Source: Acidimicrobiia bacterium (GTDB lineage: Bacteria; Actinomycetota; Acidimicrobiia; Spongiisociales; ZC4RG35). From it: a DNA stretch of 55,679 nt. The position numbers were made by a program, and so were the translations under genes. Positions 26,542 to 35,334 of the stretch are shown here, in pieces (position 1 is the stretch's first letter; each line of letters starts with the position of its first letter). A model generated the notes under the pieces. The model had not been told where the DNA came from. It saw only the letters and a list, made by a program, of their open reading frames with translations, and did no database searches. The stretch covers positions 1 to 55,679 of the forward strand of contig JBFHRE010000003.1 in assembly GCA_041591895.1 (NCBI GenBank). The letters are read 5' to 3'.

Positions 26542-28472
26542 ACCAGATCGCCCCCCATGAGGCGGGCCAGCTGGCGGGAAACTGAGAGCCCGAGACCCAC
26601 GGACTGAGGGTTCATGATCGAGTTCGAAGCACGCGTGTATGGCTCGAAGATCTCCTCGATCGCGCTTTCGGGCACACCGGCGCCGTCATCGACCACGGCC
26701 AGCGCCATTTGCGATCCCCGGGGTTCGACCTCCACCCAGATCGAGTCACCTCCGTAACGGAGCGCATTCGTCACGAGGTTGCGCATGACCTGCCTGAACC
26801 GCAACGGATCGAACTCCGCCCAGGCCTCCTTCGGTCCCTTGACCTTGGCTTCGATCGTCTTGCGGCCGCTGCGAGCTGTGTGAGAGGCGAGGACGGTCTC
26901 GGCCTCCGAGACCAGGTCGGTTCGTATCGGCTTGATCACCAGCGTCCCGATATCCGCCCGGGCGGCGACCAGCAGATCCTCCACGATGTTGGCGAGCTCG
27001 CTCGACTGTTCGAAAATCATGTGAAGGAACTCATCGATCTCGGTCTCGGCGAAATCATCCTTGCCACGCGTCAACTCCTGCGCCAGACCGACGATTCCCG
27101 TGAGGGGAGTTCTGAGCTCGTGGCTGACCGAGGCCAGGAACTGGTCTTTGGATCGGATGAGTGCCTCGAGCCGTTCCTTGAGGCGCGTGAGCTCTGCCAG
27201 TGAGTCCTCGAGACGGCCATTCTCGAGCGACACCATGAGGCGGCTGGCGATCGTTTCGAGCATTCGCAGGTCCCTGGTGTTGTAGCCACTCACCGCGCTC
27301 AAGGGGTCGGCAACCACAATCACTCCGGCGCGGTTACCGGCATCGCCCAGCGGCACTGTCATCGCATAGCTCGGATCGTGCATGCCGGGGATCGGAAGGT
27401 CACCCGCGACCAGCTTGGTGTGGATCATCGACCGGCTCAGGATGTCGGTCCACCTCCCGGTCGTCGGAAGGGTCACAGGCGTCATCACGTCGGTCGGCTG
27501 GTCGCTGAGAGCCGAGGTCCGAAGGGCGTAGAGCTGGCTGCTGTCCGGCACGAGCAGGATGTGCACTGCGGTCGACTCGAACAGCCGCCGAATGCCATCC
27601 GCGGCCACCCGAACCGCATCGTCGAGCAACGGCGATCCATGGAGTTCGAAGGTGAGGTCGTACAACGACTCGATCCGTGCCCGCTGGTCGCGCTGGTTCG
27701 TGTATGCGCGAAAGGCGACAAAGAGCAACCCCACCGGCAGGAACGCGAGCCAGAGCGAAGACGGCCGCAACCAGACGATTGTCACCGCCACCAATCCGAG
27801 GCCGACATTCATCAACGTTCCGATAGCGGCGAAGGTCATCACCTCGACCACTTCCTTGGCCTGAACCCTGCCTCCGGTCATGTGGATCGCGGTTGTGATC
27901 AGCATCGTGGCGAGCACCAGGGACACCAGGCTGCCCCCAAGGGCCCCACTTGCCCCGGCCAGGCTGAGCGGATCGTCGGGATCTACCGCCCACCGGAAGA
28001 TGGCTGCCACGACCATCGTCTGGACCCCGAAGGCCGCCACGTTGAACATCAGTCGAACGCCCCGCTGTCGCCGGTTCACCGCCAGCGCCACGGCGCCGCC
28101 GATCACCTGGCCGAGGATGAGAGCTATGGGACTGGCGAGGTAGAGCCCCACCACGGTGGCGATCTCCGACACCGAGAACGAGTGGGCGTCCCTCCGGAAA
28201 CGGAAGTGGACGACCGCCAGTTCGAAGACGTAGAACAAGACGGCCATCCCCCACCAGGGAAGCGATGGAACGCCCGACGGCGGTCGGAGAACATCCTGGC
28301 CGCCGAGCAGCGGCATCGACAGGAGGACCAGGCCACCGAGGAGAAATGCCAGCAGGCCGACCTTTCGGACCCCGCTTCGTCCAGGATCGGCGCGGCCAGC
28401 CGCAGTAGGGGCCGCGATCGGCCGGCTTGACGCCTCGGATGCCTCGGGGACGGTTGTCATGGAATGTGCCAT
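26451..28472 (-). CDS. Membrane sensor histidine kinase (multi-TM + GAF-like + HisKA + HATPase), orphan
   Basis: 'KDQFLASVSHELRTPL', 'MRNLVTNALRYGG', 'DDGAG', 'SVGLGLSVSRQLARLMGG'. Confidence 0.9.
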   Translation of the reverse strand: MAHSMTTVPEASEASSRPIAAPTAAGRADPGRSGVRKVGLLAFLLGGLVLLSMPLLGGQDVLRPPSGVPSLPWWGMAVLFYVFELAVVHFRFRRDAHSFSVSEIATVVGLYLASPIALILGQVIGGAVALAVNRRQRGVRLMFNVAAFGVQTMVVAAIFRWAVDPDDPLSLAGASGALGGSLVSLVLATMLITTAIHMTGGRVQAKEVVEVMTFAAIGTLMNVGLGLVAVTIVWLRPSSLWLAFLPVGLLFVAFRAYTNQRDQRARIESLYDLTFELHGSPLLDDAVRVAADGIRRLFESTAVHILLVPDSSQLYALRTSALSDQPTDVMTPVTLPTTGRWTDILSRSMIHTKLVAGDLPIPGMHDPSYAMTVPLGDAGNRAGVIVVADPLSAVSGYNTRDLRMLETIASRLMVSLENGRLEDSLAELTRLKERLEALIRSKDQFLASVSHELRTPLTGIVGLAQELTRGKDDFAETEIDEFLHMIFEQSSELANIVEDLLVAARADIGTLVIKPIRTDLVSEAETVLASHTARSGRKTIEAKVKGPKEAWAEFDPLRFRQVMRNLVTNALRYGGDSIWVEVEPRGSQMALAVVDDGAGVPESAIEEIFEPYTRASNSIMNPQSVGLGLSVSRQLARLMGGDLVYEPREGGASFVLLVPAASSTESVRSERAG

Positions 28473-28477
28473 ATCCG

Positions 28478-28506
28478 GTATCGGCCCCTGCGGCCCGCCG
28501 CTGCAG
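28478..28506 (-). promoter_or_regulatory. Putative sigma28/WhiG-like promoter
   Basis: Minus strand CTGCAG-N15-GCCGATAC, ending 5 nt before the kinase ATG (28472). Confidence 0.55.
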
Positions 28507-28528
28507 CGTTTTAACCGCAGGAGACGTG

Positions 28529-29893
28529 TTGAATGACGGGGTGCCGCTCACTCGTGTCGCAGCCCTGGCCGGGCTGCTCCTCCTTCTCACGACCTCATGT
28601 CAGCTGGTCGACCGGTCGCCAACCGGTGCGGCGCCGGCTCCCCCGTCGACGTCCCGTTCGGAGACTCAACCGGCCCGGCCCACGGCCTGTTCGGTGGATT
28701 ACATCCTCGTTTGCGAGGCGGTGGACCTGATCGAAGCCAACTATGTGGACCGGATCGACACCGCCCAGCTGGCGGTCGCGGCGACACGCGGGGTCGAGGA
28801 ATACGCCACCACCGAAGGAGCGGCGGACTCCGATTGTGCGATTCCCTTCGACGGCTTCGAAGCGGTGTGCGCTGCAATCGCGTCCAAGGGCGCCACTCCG
28901 GCCACCGCGGTCGAGTCGGCACTGATCGGGATGGTCGCTTTCGCCTTGGACGAGAACTCGGCGTACCTCGATCCGGTCTCGCTCGACCTGATCCGTCAAG
29001 ACCAGGCGGGCCGGGTGGAGGGAATCGGGGCGATCGTCACTACCGAGGACACATCGACCGGCGACGGGTGCAATCCGCTCGGTACCAGCTGCCGGCTGCT
29101 CATCGTCTCCACGATCGCCGGCTCGCCGGCGGAAACCGCCGGCCTACGGGCCGACGACGTCGTCGAGCAGGTGGACGGTGAGCCGGTCGCGGGCCGGACC
29201 GTGGACGAGGTCACGGCGGCCGTGAGAGGCGAACCGGGCACTTCGGTGACGCTCGGCATCGTGCGGGGAGACTCCGAGTTCGAAGTGGACATCATGCGAG
29301 CCGCGGTCGACGTCCCGGTGGTCGTATCGGAACTCGTGGATCGCACCGGTTACATCCGCCTCAACCTGTTCACATCGGGATCGGGCCGGCAAGTCGACGA
29401 GGAGATCCGATCACTCGTCGACTCGGGCGCCAACCGACTCGTACTCGATCTCCGGGACAACCCGGGCGGAACGTTGACAGCGGCGATCGACGTGGCCTCC
29501 GAGTTCGTGGACGAGGGACTGGTGCTGGCAACCGAAGGCCGGTCGGGATCGACCAAATACCCCGCCGACGGACGCGGTCGAGCAGTGGGCATCCCGCTCG
29601 TAGTGGTCGTGAACGGGGGCAGCGCGTCGGCGTCGGAGGTGGTAGCCGGCGCCCTACAGGACGCGGGAGCCGCCATCGTCGTCGGCGAGGTCACATACGG
29701 CAAGAACACGGTCCAGCAGAGCTTCGACCTGTCGAACGGGGGTGCACTCAAACTGACGATCGCCCGGTGGATCACGCGCGCCGGCCGGAATCTCGACGAT
29801 GGAGTGGTGCCGGACGTGGCGATGGATTTCTCTGACGCGTGGGACCCGGGCGGGCTGATCGCCCGGGTGGATGAGGCCGTGCCCGGTTGGTGA
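28529..29893 (+). CDS. S41 C-terminal processing peptidase (PDZ), probable lipoprotein
   Basis: Lipobox-like 'LLLTTSC'; PDZ 'EGIGA...GSPAETAGL'; 'LDLRDNPGG', 'SASASE', 'YGKNTVQ'. Start approximate (TTG after AGGAG). Confidence 0.9.
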   Translation: MNDGVPLTRVAALAGLLLLLTTSCQLVDRSPTGAAPAPPSTSRSETQPARPTACSVDYILVCEAVDLIEANYVDRIDTAQLAVAATRGVEEYATTEGAADSDCAIPFDGFEAVCAAIASKGATPATAVESALIGMVAFALDENSAYLDPVSLDLIRQDQAGRVEGIGAIVTTEDTSTGDGCNPLGTSCRLLIVSTIAGSPAETAGLRADDVVEQVDGEPVAGRTVDEVTAAVRGEPGTSVTLGIVRGDSEFEVDIMRAAVDVPVVVSELVDRTGYIRLNLFTSGSGRQVDEEIRSLVDSGANRLVLDLRDNPGGTLTAAIDVASEFVDEGLVLATEGRSGSTKYPADGRGRAVGIPLVVVVNGGSASASEVVAGALQDAGAAIVVGEVTYGKNTVQQSFDLSNGGALKLTIARWITRAGRNLDDGVVPDVAMDFSDAWDPGGLIARVDEAVPGW

Positions 29894-29909
29894 GCCCGAT
29901 CGGCCGGGA

Positions 29910-30557
29910 TCAGCCGGTGGCGAGTCCCGTCGGGCAGGAGACACCGGTGCCGCCGATCCCGCAGTACCCGCCGGGGTTCTTCGCGAGATACTGCTGGTGG
30001 TAGTCCTCGGCGTAGTAGAACGGCCCAGCCGGACGGATCTCGGTCGTGATCGGCCCGTATCCGGACTTCGCCAGTTCCGCCTCGTACATCGCCTTGCTGG
30101 CGAGCGCGCCCTCCATCTGCTCGTCGGAGTACGTGTAGATCGCCGATCGGTACTGGGTGCCGATGTCGTTGCCCTGGCGGTTGCCCTGGGTGGGGTCATG
30201 ACCCTCCCAAAAGACCTTCAGCACCTCTTGGTAGGAGACCACGGCCGGGTCGAAGACCACCAGCACCACCTCGGCGTGCCCGGTCCGGCCGGTACACGTC
30301 TCCTGGTAGGTGGGGTTGGGCGTGGCCCCTCCGGCATATCCGACAGCGGTGGTCAGCACCCCGGGAGTTCGCCAGAAGAGGCGCTCGGCTCCCCAGAAGC
30401 AGCCCATCCCGAACACCGCCATCTCAGCCCCCTCGGGGAACGGACCGACGATGCTCGTGCCATTGACGAAATGAACCGGGTCTACCTCCAGCGGAGTCTC
30501 CCGGCCAGGAAGAGTGTTGGCGACCTTGTCGCGATTCGATCTCGAAAACATGCTCAT
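29910..30557 (-). CDS. msrA: Peptide-methionine (S)-S-oxide reductase
   Basis: 'GCFWGAE', 'GHAEVV', '[19 protein letters not shown]', 'AEDYHQQYL'. Confidence 0.96.
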   Translation of the reverse strand: MSMFSRSNRDKVANTLPGRETPLEVDPVHFVNGTSIVGPFPEGAEMAVFGMGCFWGAERLFWRTPGVLTTAVGYAGGATPNPTYQETCTGRTGHAEVVLVVFDPAVVSYQEVLKVFWEGHDPTQGNRQGNDIGTQYRSAIYTYSDEQMEGALASKAMYEAELAKSGYGPITTEIRPAGPFYYAEDYHQQYLAKNPGGYCGIGGTGVSCPTGLATG

Positions 30558-30612
30558 GTGCGGTCCAACCCTCCGTAGATCACGAGCTATTCCACCGGAA
30601 TCATGAACAAGA

Positions 30613-31521
30613 TCACAACTCCGACGCTGCCGGCGAGAACGTGTCGCACGCACCCGGGTCACCCGACCGATAGCCTGCGTTGAACCAAGACACCCTCTGT
30701 TCGGCCGTCCCATGGTTGAACTTCTCCGGATCGACCCGCCCCTGGACGGCGATCTGAATCCGATCGTCGCCAACCGCCGCCGCCGCCTCGAGGGCCTCGC
30801 CGATCTCCCCTGGGTCGATCTCGATGTACCCCTCTACCTGCTCGGATCCGGACCGGTCCACGAAGACCGTCGATGCCCACGCACCGGCGAAGCAGTCGGC
30901 CTGAAGCTCAAGTCGGATCGAGTACTCGTTCGACCGGGACGGGTCTGCTTGCTGAGCATCACGCACCTGCTGGGACACTCCCAGCACCGTCTGCACGTGA
31001 TGAGCCACCTCGTGCGCCATGACATAGGCGGCGGCGAAGTCGCCGGTTGCCCCAAACCGGGTAGCCAGCTGATCGAAGAACTCGAGGTCGAGATACACCC
31101 GCTCATCGAGTGGGCAGTAGTGGGGGCCCATGCGGGCGTCCGCCCCGCCGCACCCCGATTCGGTGAAGGCGGTGAAGAGGATGGCCTGGGTCGGACGATA
31201 GGTGCTCCCGGCCGCACCAAACACCTCGGACCAGTAGGCATCGGTGTCGGCCATCACCGCCGCCATGTACTCGGCGAGCTCGTCCTGGGCCGCCTCGACC
31301 TCGGGAGCCGGCGAAGCCTGCTGTGGGGGAGGCGCCAGTTGCTCAAGCACCGGACCCAGGTCCTCCAACCCGGACCCACCTCCCAGCAGCGCCACCACGA
31401 TGGCGATGATGATTGCCAGTCCTCCACCCCCGGCTCCGATTCCCATTGCCCGCCGACCCGGACGCCCCCTTCGGTCTTCGACATAACGACCCATCTCGAC
31501 CGGCTTCTTGTATCTGACCAT
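30613..31521 (-). CDS. YpfJ-like neutral zinc metallopeptidase
   Basis: 'VEDRRG', TM segment, 'GPHYCPLD', 'AHEVAHHVQ' (HExxH), 'ELQADCFAG', 'HGTAEQR'. Confidence 0.92.
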   Translation of the reverse strand: MVRYKKPVEMGRYVEDRRGRPGRRAMGIGAGGGGLAIIIAIVVALLGGGSGLEDLGPVLEQLAPPPQQASPAPEVEAAQDELAEYMAAVMADTDAYWSEVFGAAGSTYRPTQAILFTAFTESGCGGADARMGPHYCPLDERVYLDLEFFDQLATRFGATGDFAAAYVMAHEVAHHVQTVLGVSQQVRDAQQADPSRSNEYSIRLELQADCFAGAWASTVFVDRSGSEQVEGYIEIDPGEIGEALEAAAAVGDDRIQIAVQGRVDPEKFNHGTAEQRVSWFNAGYRSGDPGACDTFSPAASEL

Positions 31522-31555
31522 GGAGGAAAAGGTACCCGATCGAGCCGAGGGTCAA

Positions 31556-31777
31556 ACCGGCTACCGGCTACCAGCCAGCTACCGGCTACCAGCCAGCTAC
31601 CGGCCACCAGCAACCAGCTACCAGCCGAAGGCCGATTGGCCGGCGACTGGCGACTGGCGACTGGCAGCTCGGCCGAAGGCCGAATGGCTGGAGGCCGGCG
31701 ACTGGGAGCCGACAGCTCGGCCGAAGGCCGATGGCTGGAGGCCGGCGACTGGGAGCCGGCAGCTCGGCCGAAGGCCG
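31556..31777. repeat. Composite heptamer and 47-48-bp tandem array with GCC-GAA-GGC hairpins
   Basis: ACC(G/A)GC(T/C/A) heptamers 31556-31626; GACTGGC x3; then CAGCTCGGCCGAAGGCCG units starting at 31665, 31713 and 31760. Confidence 0.85.
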
Positions 31778-31820
31778 TTCGGCTTCTCGTGGGCGCACGA
31801 CACGCTGTAACCTCGTTCGG

Positions 31821-32966
31821 ATGCACGTTCGACGGGTCGCGCTGACCCTGTCCATCCTCGTTGCGCTCCTCTCCTCACTGGCCGGGGGCCCGCTTGCGCT
31901 CGCATCGACCCCCCTGGCGCAGACCGGGGTGGACGACGCCGAAGACGCGGCTGACCAGGCCGGCGCCCGGGTGGACGATGCCTACCAAGTCGTCTCCGAT
32001 GCCGTCGCCAACCGGGACCGAATCGAGGGCAGGTTGTTCGACGCATTACTCGCCTACGACACCGCCGCCCAGGAGCTGAGCGCCGCCAACTCTCGCCTCG
32101 ACCGAGTGACTCAGAAGCTGGCGATCCTCCGGGCCCAGGCGCTCGACCTCGAGGCGGTGCTCGCAGAGGCGGCGGTGAACGCCTACGTCGAAGCGGTCGG
32201 TGGTGCGCCAAGCCTGATGCTGGCCGGGACCGAGGCCGACAGCTACCTGTTCGCCTCGCAGGTGCTCCACGCAGTTCAGGGTGAGACCCGCTCGGAGATC
32301 GACCAGGTGAGTGCCTTCCGAAACGAGCTCACAAGCCTGGAATTGGAATTCGAAAACGAACGGAACGAGGTCGAGAGTCGAAGCGCCGAACTCGCAGCCC
32401 GAGCATCCGAGCTGGAGTCTCTGTTCGCAGAGGCCGATGGCGCGGTGGCCGCCGCCTATTCGGCGGCACTCGACGCAGAGGCTGCCTACCGCCATGCGCT
32501 CACGGACGTAGAGGCGGCCCGCGCGGCCAGAGAAGCGGAGGAACGCAGGAGCTCGGCTGGAACAACCACCACCCAGCCGCCTTCCGGCGGTGTCTCTGGG
32601 ACCTCGTCGACGACCACCACCACGACCGGCGGCGGGGGCGGCGGAATCAAGATCGGGCCGGCAGTCGAGGCATGGCGCCCCAAGGTCGCCCAGCACTTCC
32701 CGCCCGCACTGGTGGAGGAGGCCCTACAGATCATGCAGTGCGAGAGTGCCGGCGATCCGAACGCGGTGAATCCGTACTCGGGCGCCGCCGGCCTCTTCCA
32801 GTTCCTGCCAGGCACCTGGGCGGTCGCCAGCGTCCAGGCCGGAGTTGGGGAGGCGTCGGTCTTCGACGGCGAGGCAAACATCATCGCCGCCGCCTGGCTG
32901 GCCGGGTATTACCAGTCACGGGGATACTCGCCGTGGCAACCATGGACATGCCGCTTCTATCTGTGA
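31821..32966 (+). CDS. Secreted coiled-coil protein with C-terminal lytic transglycosylase (SLT/Rpf-like) domain
   Basis: Signal peptide, long Ala/Glu coiled coil, Thr/Gly linker, 'IMQCESAGDPNAVNPYSGAAGLFQFLPGTW...ANIIAAAWL'. Confidence 0.85.
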   Translation: MHVRRVALTLSILVALLSSLAGGPLALASTPLAQTGVDDAEDAADQAGARVDDAYQVVSDAVANRDRIEGRLFDALLAYDTAAQELSAANSRLDRVTQKLAILRAQALDLEAVLAEAAVNAYVEAVGGAPSLMLAGTEADSYLFASQVLHAVQGETRSEIDQVSAFRNELTSLELEFENERNEVESRSAELAARASELESLFAEADGAVAAAYSAALDAEAAYRHALTDVEAARAAREAEERRSSAGTTTTQPPSGGVSGTSSTTTTTTGGGGGGIKIGPAVEAWRPKVAQHFPPALVEEALQIMQCESAGDPNAVNPYSGAAGLFQFLPGTWAVASVQAGVGEASVFDGEANIIAAAWLAGYYQSRGYSPWQPWTCRFYL

Positions 32967-33028
32967 GCAAGGACGACGGGCTCGACTGAAGCCGTCGATC
33001 CGTCAACGCCTGCCAAGATCCATCGCCC

Positions 33029-35110
33029 ATGCCAGCCATTGATCTCCCGGCCGCCGAGTTCGGAGCGGTCAACTCGGGAACCGACACCACGTTCACCGTT
33101 CGTTCGGATGTAGCCGATCACGTCGATCTCTGTTTGTTCGACTCCGAAGACCGGGAAACGAGGATCGGGATGACGTCGATCGGTGGCGGCGTGTTTCAGT
33201 TGACGACCGAGGCGCCGGCATCCACCCGGTACGGATACCGGGTTCACGGGCCATGGGTGCCGGCGGACGGGCATAGGTGCAACCCCAACAAGCTCCTCCT
33301 CGACCCGTACGCCCGCATGATCACGGGCGAAATCCAGCCAGGCCCTGCGTTGCTCGGACACGACACAACGGATCCCACCAAGCCGAGCAGGCTGGACAGC
33401 GCGCCTTCGGTGCCGCGCTCTGTCGTGACCACCGGCGGTTTCGACTGGCAGGACGATGCCCGACCCGGTAGACCGCTGTCCGAGACGATCATCTACGAAA
33501 CCCATGTGAAAGGCATCAGCCGTACGCATCCGGCTGTGCCCGAGTCCATCCGGGGGACGTACGCAGGGCTCGGTCACCCCGCGATCGTCGAGCATCTGGT
33601 CTCCCTCGGGGTGACCGCCGTGCAACTGATGCCGACCCAGGCCTTCATCCAAGATCAGCATCTGCTGGAGGACGGTCGCCGGAACTACTGGGGCTACAAC
33701 ACGATCGGCTTCTTCTCGCCGCACGCCGATCGTTCCGCCGGACCCGATCCGGTGACCGAGTTCAAAGAGATGGTGCAGAGCCTTCACGCCGCAGGACTGG
33801 AGGTCCTCCTCGACGTCGTGTACAACCACACTGCCGAAGGCAACCACCTCGGGCCAACCCTGTGCTTCCGGGGTCTCGACAACCGCACCTGGTACCGCCT
33901 CGGACCGCCCGACCGATACCTGAACTGGAGCGGAACCGGCAACACGCTCGACATCTCCGACTTCCAGGTGTTGAGGTTCGTCATCGACTCACTCCGCTAC
34001 TGGGTCGAGGAGATGCATGTCGACGGCTTTCGCTTCGACCTCGCACCCGTGCTCGGCAGGGCGCACTACGACTTCGACCCTCATGGAGGGTTCTTCGGGG
34101 CCGTTGCCGCCGAGCCGGCATTCGATGGCATCAAGCTGATCGCCGAGCCTTGGGACGTCGGGCCGGGCGGATATCAGGGCGGCCGCTTTCCCGGACGGTG
34201 GTCGGAATGGAACGACGCATACCGGGACACCGCCCGTGACTTCTGGCGAGGCGCCGAGGGCTCGACGCCGGCCTATGCCACGAAACTGACCGGAAGCGCA
34301 GATCGATTCGGCGCCCGCTCGCCACTTGCCTCGGTGAATTACGTCACGTCGCACGACGGCTTCACGCTCGTCGACCTGGTCTCGTTCAACGACCGTCACA
34401 ACGTGGCCAATGGCGAAGACGGCCGCGATGGTCATCACGACAATCGCTCCTGGAACTCAGGAGTTGAGGGGCAGACCGACGACGAGGACGTGATACGTCT
34501 GCGGCAGATCCGCCGCCGATCACTCCTCGCCGGCTTGCTCCTCTCTCAGGGCGTGCCGATGATTCTCGGCGGCGACGAGATCGGCCGGACCCAGGGCGGC
34601 AACAACAACCCCTACAACCAGGACAACGAGACCAGTTGGTACGACTGGGGGTCGGCTGACGACGAGTTCCTTCGATTCACCAGCGACCTCATACGAATGC
34701 GCAAGGACCATCCGACGTTCCGCCGCACCGCCTGGCTCCATGAGCACGCATCCGCCGACCAGGACCATGTGGGCTGGTTCTCCCCCTCGGGAGAGGAGAT
34801 GACACCGGCGACCTGGAACCAACCACAGCTGAGATCGGTCGTTCTCTACCTGGATGGAGGGATCGTGCACGCCGGGAGAGGCGTGGTAGAGGATGACGAC
34901 GTCCTCGTGGCCATGAACGCCGGGACCGGGCCGGTGGCGGTAGAAATCCCTTCGGTGGTTGGGATCGGCGGCTGGTCGGTTCTAATCGACACCGCGGAAC
35001 CCGATCGTGCCGGAACCGAGGTCATAGGCGGGTTCGCCCTGTCTGGGTTCGGATGTGTGGTCCTGACCCGACCCCGGAACCACAAATCGGAGCCACCGTC
35101 CGGTAACTAG
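33029..35110 (+). CDS. glgX: Glycogen debranching enzyme (GH13_11)
   Basis: 'KLLLDPYA', 'NYWGYNT', 'DVVYNHTAEG', 'DGFRFDLA', 'IAEPWD', 'SHDGFTL'. Confidence 0.96.
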   Translation: MPAIDLPAAEFGAVNSGTDTTFTVRSDVADHVDLCLFDSEDRETRIGMTSIGGGVFQLTTEAPASTRYGYRVHGPWVPADGHRCNPNKLLLDPYARMITGEIQPGPALLGHDTTDPTKPSRLDSAPSVPRSVVTTGGFDWQDDARPGRPLSETIIYETHVKGISRTHPAVPESIRGTYAGLGHPAIVEHLVSLGVTAVQLMPTQAFIQDQHLLEDGRRNYWGYNTIGFFSPHADRSAGPDPVTEFKEMVQSLHAAGLEVLLDVVYNHTAEGNHLGPTLCFRGLDNRTWYRLGPPDRYLNWSGTGNTLDISDFQVLRFVIDSLRYWVEEMHVDGFRFDLAPVLGRAHYDFDPHGGFFGAVAAEPAFDGIKLIAEPWDVGPGGYQGGRFPGRWSEWNDAYRDTARDFWRGAEGSTPAYATKLTGSADRFGARSPLASVNYVTSHDGFTLVDLVSFNDRHNVANGEDGRDGHHDNRSWNSGVEGQTDDEDVIRLRQIRRRSLLAGLLLSQGVPMILGGDEIGRTQGGNNNPYNQDNETSWYDWGSADDEFLRFTSDLIRMRKDHPTFRRTAWLHEHASADQDHVGWFSPSGEEMTPATWNQPQLRSVVLYLDGGIVHAGRGVVEDDDVLVAMNAGTGPVAVEIPSVVGIGGWSVLIDTAEPDRAGTEVIGGFALSGFGCVVLTRPRNHKSEPPSGN

Positions 35111-35298
35111 TCCTTTCGTGTGGCTTGGTGATGCCCCTGGTCCGGAAGGCATCCGCTGCCGATGTGGAATCGAAGCCCATCGACAGGACCTCGGGCAATG
35201 CGACACCCGCTGCGACAACGACGCAAATACACCGGTCGGCGCTGCAGGCGTCGGCTCGGACACGGGTGCGAAGACAAGGTCCGAATGGCCGGGAAAGC

Positions 35299-35326
35299 CT
35301 CCAGAGCGGCCCGAATCTGCCGACAA
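35299..35326 (+). promoter_or_regulatory. Putative sigma28/WhiG-like promoter
   Basis: CTCCAG-N14-GCCGACAA, ending 8 nt before the kinase ATG (35335). Confidence 0.55.
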
Positions 35327-35334
35327 AGATCTTG

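Noticed and set aside
31556-31777. Possible CRISPR array
   Set aside because: Inter-repeat segments are near-identical rather than unique spacers; no leader or cas genes.
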